Source of the DNA: Elusimicrobiota bacterium
Lineage (GTDB): Bacteria; Elusimicrobiota; Endomicrobiia; Endomicrobiales; JBDRNC01
NCBI GenBank assembly: GCA_043811535.1
Contig: JBDRNC010000012.1
Coordinates: forward strand, 63,697-127,696
Length of the DNA stretch: 64,000 bases
Reading direction: 5' to 3'
Every line of letters starts with the position of its first letter. The first letter of the stretch is position 1. The notes under the pieces are model-generated. The model was not told where the DNA came from and did no database searches. It saw only the letters and a list, made by a program, of their open reading frames with translations. Made by a program: the position numbers and the translations under genes. Below, in pieces: positions 17,085-26,900 of this stretch.

Positions 17085-19579
17085 TATTCTTTTCTAAACG
17101 GTTTCCACTCATAAGGAATGTGTGGGCCTATCTCCACTGGCCGCATCCATATCCCGCCGTCCCCGGAAAGATCGATTACTTTCACGGCGATCACGTTATC
17201 CTCTCCGGGATTCAACAGTTTCACGTCAATGTTATATATCCTTTCGGCGTCCCAACCGGAATGGTTACCTACTCTTGCCCCGTTCAGATAGGTCTCGTCC
17301 CTGTCGTCTATTCCGCCTATGTGAAGCGTGATCCTTTGGCCTTTCCAGGAATCAATCATTTCCTGCGTGACCGTAAAATGCTTGCGGTACCAGCCGGTTC
17401 CGTCGAATTGTTTTACAAGCTGGTTTTCCCATTTATCCGGAACGCATACTTTCTGCCATAAGGAATCATCAAAGTCCCGTTTGGAAAATTCCTTCCTGTC
17501 TGATATATTAAGAAACCAGTCGTTCCCTGAAAGATCCAGCGGAAGGACTTTCGCGGTCGCTCTCGGCTCGTCTTTGAAACCGATCTTCTTGAAAGCGGCC
17601 TGAATGTAGCGGTTTTTCATCATGTACTTCCATACAAGCCCCGTCCTGTGGTTTTCTATGGAGAGCACGAAAGGCCCCTGATCTATGCCTATATTGTCGC
17701 CGCAAAACCAGTTTTTCTCGATATTGTACGAATCAACAAAACCGTATTTACCCCAGATCTTGTCGCGCCACGTGTCGTACATGTACCGCAGGGCTTTAAG
17801 CGACAGCATGGGAGTGAACGCGAACGATCCGCCCGGCGCGGTAACCGCGATCGTGCCGTCCTCGCCGGGAGGTCCCGGGGGCGCGGCGAACGGATTATAT
17901 CCGTTTGGATAATCGCAGGCCGTAAAACCCCAGCTGTTCGGCCCGTAGCCCTTTCTTTTATCCATTAGCTCTATGGCATACTGCCTGTTCGCGAGCGTTT
18001 CATTGACGGATATCTCAAAATGGTTTCCCCAGCCGTCGTTTTTATCGCGGAAATCCAGCCAGCAGTGTGGATACTGATAGCCAAAAAGCGGGCCTGTCTG
18101 GGAGACACACTCAAAACCTTTGTACGCGCCTTTCGCCTTTGAAATATCATACCATGACGATTTGTCTATATTCGCCTTTGGATGCCCGAGTTCCAGGATA
18201 TTCAGCAGGAGCCCTTCGCAGTAGCGGTTCCATGAATCGCCGTTATTCCAGTTGGTCTCGGGGCTCCACCCCATCGCGCAGAATTTTCCTCCTGATGTTG
18301 ACGGCACGGTCGAATTGTGCGCCCAGCGCCAGTTCACCCGCAGGTAAATATCTTCCGCGATCTTTTCTATTTCGGTCCCTTTGAAATATTCCATTGTAAA
18401 CACAACACCCGCCAGAAACAGCGACGTATCTACGGTTGAAAGCTCGCAGTTCCAGGCCCTTTCGCCGGTAGTAATGTCCACAAAATGAAAGAAAAACCCT
18501 TCAACGTTCTTTGTTTTGTCGCGGTGGAACTTGAGCGTGTTCATGACGCGCTCGTACGCCTGCTCGTAAGTTATCCACCCGCGCGAGTGGGCAATGCAGA
18601 CAGCCGTGAGCATGAACCCCGCGGAAGCGTTGCTCGCGACAACGTGTCCCGTGGTTTCGAAACAGCGCCCGCGGTCAAGCGTGAGTCCGTTGTCGGGATT
18701 GGCTTCGAACCAGAAGAAAAGAAAAGCCCTCTGCTGGACCATATCCATGAACTCTTCATCGGTCATGCCCTTGCTGTCGGGAGGATCGTTCTTGGCGGCC
18801 TCGATGAGCATGTCGCTCACCGCCTTCAAGTCCTCCTCGGTCCTCTTAAAAGACCTTATGATTTGAGTTATCGGAGGGTTTCCCTTGTAGACGAGTTTCC
18901 CGGAGGATAAATCCTTTTCCGCCGCGGGGACCGCCGGCGTCGCGGATTTCGCCGGAGCGTCAGTCTTAGAAAGACCGACTTCTCCGGATTTTTTATCCGT
19001 CTTTTTTGCGGATTTAGTCTTTATTCCATAGAATTCCAGTTCGTCAAAAAACAGGTAGCCTGGCGGGGACAGCGATGAAAAAATAACGGAAAACTCCCGG
19101 ACGGAGGAAGAATTTATTCCGGTCTTGGCGTCCAAAGGCACTTCTATTTTCTGCCACAGGTTGTCGTGTATCTTTACGGGATGCGTATAAACGTTCTGCG
19201 AAGCGTCTTTCAAGGCAATAAGAAAATTCTCCTTTCCCAAAACGCCTTTTACCCAGACAGCGGCACGGGTGATACCGATGCCTTCAATATCGGACAGCGC
19301 CAGTTTCCATTCGGCGCTTCCAGAGCCGGAAGACCTGAATGTTATAAGCAGCGAACCGCTGCCCTCATGTATATTTTCCCCGCTGGACTCGTATACTTTC
19401 CCCGTGACAAGCGACCCTGGCTCGGTGTTGACGGATGATATCCCGTCCACGGAAGCCGGATTGTTAAAATCAAACTTTAAAACGGGCTCAGCGCCCGGTA
19501 GGGCCCACGCGGACGAAAACAGCAGCGAAATCGCGAACAGGATCCCGATGCTGTTTTGTTTGTTTAATTTTATCGGCAT
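17084..19579 (-). CDS. CBM11-like + glucoamylase-family (GH144-like, putative beta-1,2-glucanase) + jelly-roll domain protein
   Basis: VQQRAFLFFW.EANP.NGL..DR, GFFFHF, CELSTVDT, PLFGYQYPHCWLDFR, WGFTACD, WGKYGFVDSYN, GIDQG..V..IENHRTG; Lys/Ala/Pro linker; C-terminal jelly roll. Confidence 0.85.
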   Translation of the reverse strand: MPIKLNKQNSIGILFAISLLFSSAWALPGAEPVLKFDFNNPASVDGISSVNTEPGSLVTGKVYESSGENIHEGSGSLLITFRSSGSGSAEWKLALSDIEGIGITRAAVWVKGVLGKENFLIALKDASQNVYTHPVKIHDNLWQKIEVPLDAKTGINSSSVREFSVIFSSLSPPGYLFFDELEFYGIKTKSAKKTDKKSGEVGLSKTDAPAKSATPAVPAAEKDLSSGKLVYKGNPPITQIIRSFKRTEEDLKAVSDMLIEAAKNDPPDSKGMTDEEFMDMVQQRAFLFFWFEANPDNGLTLDRGRCFETTGHVVASNASAGFMLTAVCIAHSRGWITYEQAYERVMNTLKFHRDKTKNVEGFFFHFVDITTGERAWNCELSTVDTSLFLAGVVFTMEYFKGTEIEKIAEDIYLRVNWRWAHNSTVPSTSGGKFCAMGWSPETNWNNGDSWNRYCEGLLLNILELGHPKANIDKSSWYDISKAKGAYKGFECVSQTGPLFGYQYPHCWLDFRDKNDGWGNHFEISVNETLANRQYAIELMDKRKGYGPNSWGFTACDYPNGYNPFAAPPGPPGEDGTIAVTAPGGSFAFTPMLSLKALRYMYDTWRDKIWGKYGFVDSYNIEKNWFCGDNIGIDQGPFVLSIENHRTGLVWKYMMKNRYIQAAFKKIGFKDEPRATAKVLPLDLSGNDWFLNISDRKEFSKRDFDDSLWQKVCVPDKWENQLVKQFDGTGWYRKHFTVTQEMIDSWKGQRITLHIGGIDDRDETYLNGARVGNHSGWDAERIYNIDVKLLNPGEDNVIAVKVIDLSGDGGIWMRPVEIGPHIPYEWKPFRKE

Positions 19580-19632
19580 TAATAGCCTTTCTTTATTATT
19601 CGCTAAGTCCTAAGCGCTATTCAACAGTCCGT

Positions 19633-22614
19633 TTAATACTTTATCGTTACTGTTTTAGCCGCTGGCGGAAGATCGACTGATCTCGGATTGAATGTATCAA
19701 TTTTAGCCCCGTCGACTTCAACGCCAAGTATAGTCAAACCTTCGGGCAAATTCAACACATATCCGCCTTTGGGCGGACTTTTCAGGTCAATAACGGTTTT
19801 GATTTGTCTGTTTTTGCCGTCCGTGGTAACTTCAAGGTTCAACATCCCGAAATATGTCGGGGCATTCTTCACGCTTATTTTCTTGCCGTTCTCAAGCCAC
19901 GTCTTGGGAATGCAGCCCAGCAGAATCAGCTTGTCGAATTCCTCCCTGAACACCATGTTTCTGAGCAGGTGAATGTAATACGCGGCTGTCCATCCGTGAG
20001 GTGAGTCTCCTATGACGACGCCGTCGGCGATTTCCCTCAGGCCCTTGCTGTTTATGCGCGTGTACATCCCTTCGCACCAGCCGCCCGGGCAATTCTGGTT
20101 TTTCACGCTCCATTCAATATTTTTCAGAGTAACGTCTTCCATGTCCAGGTACATCATCGGGATCGCCAGCTGCACGTTGTATCCCCAGAAAAACCCCTCA
20201 TACTCCACGTACCAGGCGCCGTCGTATCCCGAAAACTTGCCGGCGCGTTCCCAGTACTTTTTGTAGGTATTCCTGAAAAGATCCATCGGGATTTGAATAC
20301 CGAGCGACAACCCCGGAAAAATCGCGGAACGGTGCGCCCAGGCCATCTGCGTGTCGCCGAGAATTCTATGCTCGGCATCTACTATATGCATGTTTTTCGG
20401 CCAGTAATCCGCAAAACCCGTCATGAAATCCAGCTTTTCCTGCGCCATGACTTTTCTTGCGCTGTCGAGCGTGCACTTCAGCAGGCTTTCATATTCGGAC
20501 GCCACCCATCCGGCGTTTGCCGCGCCTATTATTTTCGCGGCATCCGCGGTAGCCTTCAGCCCCATAATCGCCCACCAGTCGTCAACGTAGAGGTACGCGT
20601 GGTGGTTCCAGTTGTCCTGGCTCTGGCTTTTCGGCATCAGCCCGTAGAACGCGGTGTTCTTGAATTCAGGCGTCATTTGCCTCGCGCGCAGCTGTCTTAT
20701 GTATTCGCAGCCGGTAAGCATCATCGGGAAAACCCTGCGCAGATAATTGACGTCCTTCGTTACCCGGTAATGCTCGTACCAGCCGAATACAGCGCCGCCA
20801 AGTTCGTCTCCGTATCTATCTTCGTCGGGCCCCGCGAACGCCTTCACGCCGAAATGGTTTGACGCGCGCGCCGCGAGATCGTGCAACCCTGCCTTATCCA
20901 GCGCCCCGACCATTTCTATGGCATCATGCTGGAAATATGATTTGTAGCTATATGAGCCCGGGCACATCAGCGCGTCGCCCTTCATCATTATGAGGAGGTA
21001 ATACAGCGACGAATAGAAACAATCGGAATAAACTTTATCAGGGACCTCAAATTCCATGGAAGTTCTGTTTTTCCAGAAATTTTCCGTCTCCGCAAGGTTG
21101 GTTTTGTAGTCAAGCTGGGAGAACGTCTGCGCGCTCATCTCGCCCGGTTCGTTCGAGGCCGCGAGGAAATCATAGGACCTTTCCTGGCCCGGTTTCAGCG
21201 TGAATTTATATACGGCCACCGCTCCCAGCTCGTTATTGTTGTTTATAGGAATGTTTACCCCGCTTTCCAGCGTCTTAAGGGATACCAGCCGGCCGATCCA
21301 TGTTTCAAGCTTGTACCCGGAAACCGGTTTTTCCTTAAGATAGAGCGCCGACTTGCCGTTTACCCTGATCATGTTCGCGCCGTCGTAAACCACGTTGTTT
21401 AAGCTGGCGTTCCATTTTCCGGCGAGAGGGCTTCTCCTGATGACAAGATACAGGCACAGTTCCCTGTCGGCATTTCCCGTGTTCTTTACGGTCACCCTGC
21501 TGAATGTGATCAGCCTGTTCAGCGCCTTTATTTTTTTCGCGAAAACCGTTGACTCCGACTTTATGCCATTCTGCTCCCATTCCACGACGGATACCGGCAG
21601 CCTGCCTTCTTTTAGTTTCCAATCCGTCTGCATGGTTTCGGGCGTGTAGACCTGTTTTTCCTTCTCGTCGCCGATCCAGAAACTCACCTGGTACGGGTAC
21701 TGTTCAGGCGTGAAAGTCCCGTCGCAGCCCACGAACGTCACCCACTCATAGCATTCATCGCCTACTACGGATCTCTTCATATCCAACCCGCTTCTCATTG
21801 ATAACTCCTTCCAGTCCTTGAAACTGATCTCCGCTATTGAATAACCCTTCCCTTTATTGCTTTTCTTGAATTCAAGCTTCAGAAATCTTGCGCCGACCAT
21901 ATTCGCGGAAACAGTCTCGGCCCCGCCTTTTCCGTTCTTCTGGTCATACGCGGCGCGCCAGGTCTTTCCATCATTTGAAACCTGCATAAGATACGCGGTT
22001 GGATAGTCCGCGCCCCACGCGACGTTCACCGCCGCGCATGACAGGCCCTTTTTGAAAGCAAGCTGCAGGAAAGCGCCTGCGGATTCCGGGATATTGGCGG
22101 AGGTTTTGGAGTTGCCGTCAAAGATATTCTCGGCGATGCCTTTCAGTTCGCCGGAAGTTGTTATGCTGATTTCGTCTTCCGGGCCTTTCAAAGACACTTC
22201 CCAGAACGAATATCCCCATGGAGTGCCCCTCTCCCTAAGCACTAATTTAATATACCTGCATGTCCTCTTGCCGAAATAAATGTCGTCAATAGAACCGTCC
22301 CCGTTGTCCGTTGAATAGACCTTTGTCCAGTTGGCATTATTCTGCGACACAAGGATATCATAGGATTTACCGAAAGCCGTCTCCCAATGCAGAGTAAGGC
22401 CGACTATCTCGCGGGAGGACTGAAGGTCTATAAGGAGCCATTGCGGGTCGCTGAAGACACTGGACCATCTTGTCTGCATGTTGCCGTCAACCGCCTGTTG
22501 AGGCGTCACGCCGGCTTCTTGATTTGACGAGGCGGTTGCAATAACGGCGCGGCCGGATGAAGGAAACATTGCTGAAAACAGCGCGGCAAGAAACAAAACC
22601 ATTGTCTTTTTCAT
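19633..22614 (-). CDS. Secreted 2x F5/8 type C + (alpha/alpha)6 glycoside-hydrolase-like protein (divergent paralogue)
   Basis: Signal peptide; AVDGNMQTRWSS..SDPQWL; FYGLMPKS, YVDDWWAIMGLK, GDSPHGW, NAPTYFG align with the 914-aa and 1015-aa paralogues. Confidence 0.78.
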   Translation of the reverse strand: MKKTMVLFLAALFSAMFPSSGRAVIATASSNQEAGVTPQQAVDGNMQTRWSSVFSDPQWLLIDLQSSREIVGLTLHWETAFGKSYDILVSQNNANWTKVYSTDNGDGSIDDIYFGKRTCRYIKLVLRERGTPWGYSFWEVSLKGPEDEISITTSGELKGIAENIFDGNSKTSANIPESAGAFLQLAFKKGLSCAAVNVAWGADYPTAYLMQVSNDGKTWRAAYDQKNGKGGAETVSANMVGARFLKLEFKKSNKGKGYSIAEISFKDWKELSMRSGLDMKRSVVGDECYEWVTFVGCDGTFTPEQYPYQVSFWIGDEKEKQVYTPETMQTDWKLKEGRLPVSVVEWEQNGIKSESTVFAKKIKALNRLITFSRVTVKNTGNADRELCLYLVIRRSPLAGKWNASLNNVVYDGANMIRVNGKSALYLKEKPVSGYKLETWIGRLVSLKTLESGVNIPINNNNELGAVAVYKFTLKPGQERSYDFLAASNEPGEMSAQTFSQLDYKTNLAETENFWKNRTSMEFEVPDKVYSDCFYSSLYYLLIMMKGDALMCPGSYSYKSYFQHDAIEMVGALDKAGLHDLAARASNHFGVKAFAGPDEDRYGDELGGAVFGWYEHYRVTKDVNYLRRVFPMMLTGCEYIRQLRARQMTPEFKNTAFYGLMPKSQSQDNWNHHAYLYVDDWWAIMGLKATADAAKIIGAANAGWVASEYESLLKCTLDSARKVMAQEKLDFMTGFADYWPKNMHIVDAEHRILGDTQMAWAHRSAIFPGLSLGIQIPMDLFRNTYKKYWERAGKFSGYDGAWYVEYEGFFWGYNVQLAIPMMYLDMEDVTLKNIEWSVKNQNCPGGWCEGMYTRINSKGLREIADGVVIGDSPHGWTAAYYIHLLRNMVFREEFDKLILLGCIPKTWLENGKKISVKNAPTYFGMLNLEVTTDGKNRQIKTVIDLKSPPKGGYVLNLPEGLTILGVEVDGAKIDTFNPRSVDLPPAAKTVTIKY

Positions 22615-22655
22615 CCCGTATAGACCTCTCTTATTTTAGATTTAGTAATATCTTT

Positions 22656-22772
22656 CAGTGATGCTCCTCCCCGAAAGAGTCTGGGAGGCTTTTTAATAAC
22701 GCAGCCTACTGCGACATCATTATGCATTCATCCCCCGACGGAAGTCGGGGGATTTCATGTCGCATGTATCAA
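22656..22772 (+). mobile_element. Non-autonomous IS200/IS605-like palindromic element (copy 2)
   Basis: CAGTG..GCTCCTCCCCGAAAGAGTCTGGGAGG ... ATTCATCCCCCGAC-ggaa-GTCGGGGGATT ... TCAA. Confidence 0.55.
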
Positions 22773-22889
22773 CAATATTCTCATTATGTGTTATCTTTCC
22801 CTTAAACCCGCAAGGTCTTACGGGATTTCATACCTCAAAGTCTTTCATGTCATACCTCTTCAGTTGCCGTTATAGGAATAATTCATATA

Positions 22890-22903
22890 GGTAAGCGATT
22901 AAC
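22890..22903. promoter_or_regulatory. Weak LacI-type operator candidate GGTAAGCGATTAAC
   Basis: Partial match to the locus consensus, upstream of the 993-aa gene. Confidence 0.35.
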
Positions 22904-22962
22904 TTAACCGTCACGCACTTTCCCTTTTTTTGTTTTCCCGCCTGCAAGAGAGCTTTTTAGTT

Positions 22963-23919
22963 TTAGAACTGGAATCCGAGACTGATACGGTGAGAGCCCG
23001 AGGTCCCCTCTACATAGAAAGGCATCGAGAACGAATAGTGCGTATCTATGGCGTACAATGGATTTCCATAGATATCGGTGCGGCCTATATTGAATATGTA
23101 AGAGAAACCCAGCGAGAATTCATTTTTATTGGCGCCCAGCCTTCCTGCCATAGTGTAGTCCATGAACCAAATTTCCCCTCCAAGATATACGTTGGAATCG
23201 TTATTCCTCACGGCCAAGTCAAGGTCCATAAGAAGTATATCCGCAGGATTATCCATCTTGAAACTACCGGCCACGCCGATCCTTGATTCCATCGGCACGG
23301 GATCTACGGCCTCGTAGCCGACGTCCGGCTGGTTCAGATTCTTGACGCACAACCCGGTAAATATCTCTTCGCTCCATTTCTTGTAAAGTCCGATATCGGC
23401 CGCAAAAGCGCTCTTGCTGTTCCCGTTGGCAAAAACGGGATCGTCTATCGTTCTGATATCCAGAGTCACCGCGCGCCCGAGGCTCTTCAGGTTAAGCCCT
23501 GCGTTCATGAATTTGAAATCGTACGCGTACGTGAGCATGACGGTGCTTTCCTGATAAAGGTCAACGGTGTTAAACAGCGAGTAAGTCGCCGCCAGAGCCC
23601 CTGCCTTTCTCAACGGCATGACATATGTCGCGAACGACATGCTCATGTTAACTCCGCTCAGGTCAAGGTATGGTTTTGAATATGTAAGAAGAATGGAGTT
23701 CCTTTCAAGATTCGCTATGCCGGCAGGGTTGTACCAGACGGAATTAGCGTCGTCGCATATCGCGGTGAACGCCCCTCCCATGCCTATCGGCCGCGCCAGG
23801 AACCCGGGATCCTTGAAAGCGGCGAAGGCAGACGGAAGACCGAAGACGGAAGCAAGAAGCAGGCAAAGACCTGCCTTCCGCAAAACATCGATGGTAATTT
23901 TAAAATGTTTTCTTTTCAT
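22963..23919 (-). CDS. PorP/SprF-like (PorV-related) outer-membrane beta-barrel
   Basis: ARPIGMGGAFTAICDDANSVWYNPAG; ends SHRISLGFQF; start moved to ATG 23919 because the upstream MEDGRK is translated repeat. Confidence 0.75.
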   Translation of the reverse strand: MKRKHFKITIDVLRKAGLCLLLASVFGLPSAFAAFKDPGFLARPIGMGGAFTAICDDANSVWYNPAGIANLERNSILLTYSKPYLDLSGVNMSMSFATYVMPLRKAGALAATYSLFNTVDLYQESTVMLTYAYDFKFMNAGLNLKSLGRAVTLDIRTIDDPVFANGNSKSAFAADIGLYKKWSEEIFTGLCVKNLNQPDVGYEAVDPVPMESRIGVAGSFKMDNPADILLMDLDLAVRNNDSNVYLGGEIWFMDYTMAGRLGANKNEFSLGFSYIFNIGRTDIYGNPLYAIDTHYSFSMPFYVEGTSGSHRISLGFQF

Positions 23920-23922
23920 TTT

Positions 23923-23953
23923 TCTTCCGTCTTCCAACTTCCTTCTTCCATCT
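23923..23953. repeat. Heptamer array (TCTTCCN), same family as 13784
   Basis: TCTTCCG-TCTTCCA-ACTTCCT-TCTTCCA-TCT abutting the 23953 stop. Confidence 0.75.
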
Positions 23954-26900
23954 TATTTTATTATCAAAATCGTTCCGCTTACAGTCTCGTTACCCGTCTT
24001 TATCTGATAAATGTAGACGCCGCTCTCGACTATCTCGTCGTCTTCGTCCTTCCCGTCCCAAATATTAACGCCGTCCTTGAGCTCCCGCACCTTGGCACCG
24101 TTCACGTCGAAAATGTTTATCTTCACATTGTCGCCGCTGACGCCGAACTGGCAGAAGTCGTTCTTGCCCGGCGAACCGGCCGGCGTAAGTATCCTTTCTT
24201 TCGCGCGGTAATCGTCAGCCGTGAGCGATTTTATCGGGAACACGGCGTATTTGGAGAGATGCATTATTTTCGCCGTAACGGTCTTATTGGTTATATCCAC
24301 TTTTCCGCCTATCAGCCTCCATTCATAATTGTCCCACCAGAACACGCGCATAAACCTTTCGTCCTTGCCGGACGAGTCCTCATAGCCGTCTTTGTCGGTT
24401 TCCATGTAAAGGAGCGTAAGCGTGACCGGCTTCTTGAATGTCACGTCCTTGCCCTTGGTGCTCCCGTCGTCATCCTTGAAATCGTAAACCGTTGAAGGGT
24501 AAACGCTGTTAGCCGGCGCATTGCCCCTGGGCACATCGGAATCGTCCCTGTTATTCTGGACTATGATAAGGTTTATATTGTCTTTCAGCGCGCCGGCGGG
24601 GATATCAATGCTGGTATTCCCGTCATCCGGATTCCCGTCGTCAACCAATAGCTTGCCTGACGAGAAGTTATCTGACTTCGTTATCTGGCTTACCGAGAAT
24701 ATCCCCGTTGAACTCCACGAAGTATAGCCCCACTGGTTAACCGCCGTCAGGTAATACCGTATCGTGCAGTTCCCGGCAACCAGGTCATTGAAGTCGGCGG
24801 TGTAAATAGTTGAAGTTGCTGTCAGCGTCTGCGCGGCCTTGGACTGGCTGCCTATCCAATAAGTAAGCGTTACAGACGATAGTTCGCTCTCGATGTCTAT
24901 GATTTCAGAGACCAACAGTATCTTATTACCTATCATTCCTATATTCGCCGGAGGCGATTTTAGAATAGTTATGACCGGGGCGGTGTTGTCAACTGAAGAC
25001 AATGCTATCGCATTCCTTTCAGCTATGTGAGTGCCTGAACTCCCTGTTCCGTCATGGTCCCGAACCGTTATCCTGGCCGTCGCGCTTCCGACCGCGGCCG
25101 GCGGTATATTTATGGCAACGAAACAGTAGAACGACTGGGCCGGAGAGAGGGCGACGGTATTTGCCACTACAGTGAATTCATCTTCGGTATGCAAGCTGTT
25201 GTGATTCGTATCGCTGGTTATCCACACGTTCCACGCGTTTCCGGCAACCGTTGTAACCGACAGCGAGAAAATATCCGGAACGTTGCCGTCGTTTCGGAAA
25301 GTATACGCAAAATAGGCGGTCGCACCGGGATTCAAGTTCTGCGTTGCCTGAGACGGCTCGTGCGTGCATGTGACAGCGTATACTGTTGAGACTTCCATAA
25401 CGAAATCGTCCGTTATAGTATCGTCAACAGAACTGGCACTTGGATTCACGGGCCAGTTATCGGTATTCCCGTCGCCGTAGTTGGTCTTAGCAGTAACCCT
25501 CATCGTCGTGGGCTGGCCGCCTACCGCGTCAGAAGGAACAATCACCTTAACAAGGAACGGGAATGTACAGTTCGGCTGAAGTCCGGATGTGCTGAAAACC
25601 TCAAAATCCGTTCCCGCGTCATAAGAGCCGTTATTATTCCTGTCCCACAAAATTGAACTCGAGTATGCCTGTCCCGAATCAACGCTCGGAGTAAGGGAGA
25701 TATTGTCGCCAAGGTTTCCGTTGTTCACCAGTTTGTACGCGAAATAGTAGTCGCCTGCGGCCGACACGGAAAGATCGGAAGGAACCGATGAAAAACTTGC
25801 CGCATAGCATGTTGACACCCTCACGTTCATTTCGCTAAATGTCGTTGAAGAGCCCTGCTGGTCCCAGTACACAAAAGAATCACCGGGGCAGTCCGCCGTA
25901 TTCGCCGTCCACTTGTCACCGCCCGATATAACCAGCGAGTTTGCCGGCGCCTGCGGCAGATTGAGCAGTTTAACATCATCAATGTATATCCTGCCGGATG
26001 AATCATTGCCCTTGCTCGTCTCGGCTATCCATTTTATTTCTTTTACCACAAAGTCAAGGTTCGGTTCGCTGCGCCTGAAAGCCTCAAAAGGTATTATTAC
26101 ATTCTGCCACACGCTTGTACCCGTAGTTAAATAATCCTGCAACTGTACATAACCTGTCTCGTTGCCTGACGCGTCCTGATCCTGTATCTGAACGTTTAGG
26201 TCCGTATTCGCGTTAGGCGTGTATATCCAGAACGAAATGGCGTTGTAAGTTGATATGTCTACTGCCATGCCGTTCAAACCGCCGCCGCCCCAGTCGGGGT
26301 CCGTATAGTTCCACCTGAGCTCCAGAGAGTACCCGGACGCAGGCGAGTGGTTTAATGTTGAATATTCTGCAAATGGATTCCCCCATATTCCGCCGCCTAT
26401 ATCTATAGGATTGCTGCCGGAATCAAAATTCGCCACCGTCTCCTCAACGTTGTTGCCGTTTCCGTTTTTTATCTTCACCGTATAGGATACGGAATTGCTC
26501 GTCCCGCCGCCTACCGAAGCGTCCACCCACCTGACCTTCGTCGCTGTCGCGTCCCACCCGTCCTGCCACGCGCTCCCTACGTAAAACTGATTGGAATCCG
26601 CGTACCCGGCGCCCGGGTCAGCGTCAAACTCCGTGTTGAACGGTATCGCTTCCGTTATCAGCATGCCTGTGCCCGCTGTATCGCCTATATTAGGATACGA
26701 TATAGTGTATGTTATCTTGTCGCCCGGCTCTGATACGCGTCCGTTTGCTATCGTGTCCACTGCCGCCGAACTCCGCGCCACAGATATCGATACGCCCGAT
26801 ACCGCGTTAGATGCTATAGCCACGAATGAATCGGTTATCGTGTCATCGTCAGCCCCGGACGGCCATGAATCATTCGCGCCTGAGCCGTTATGGTCCTTAG

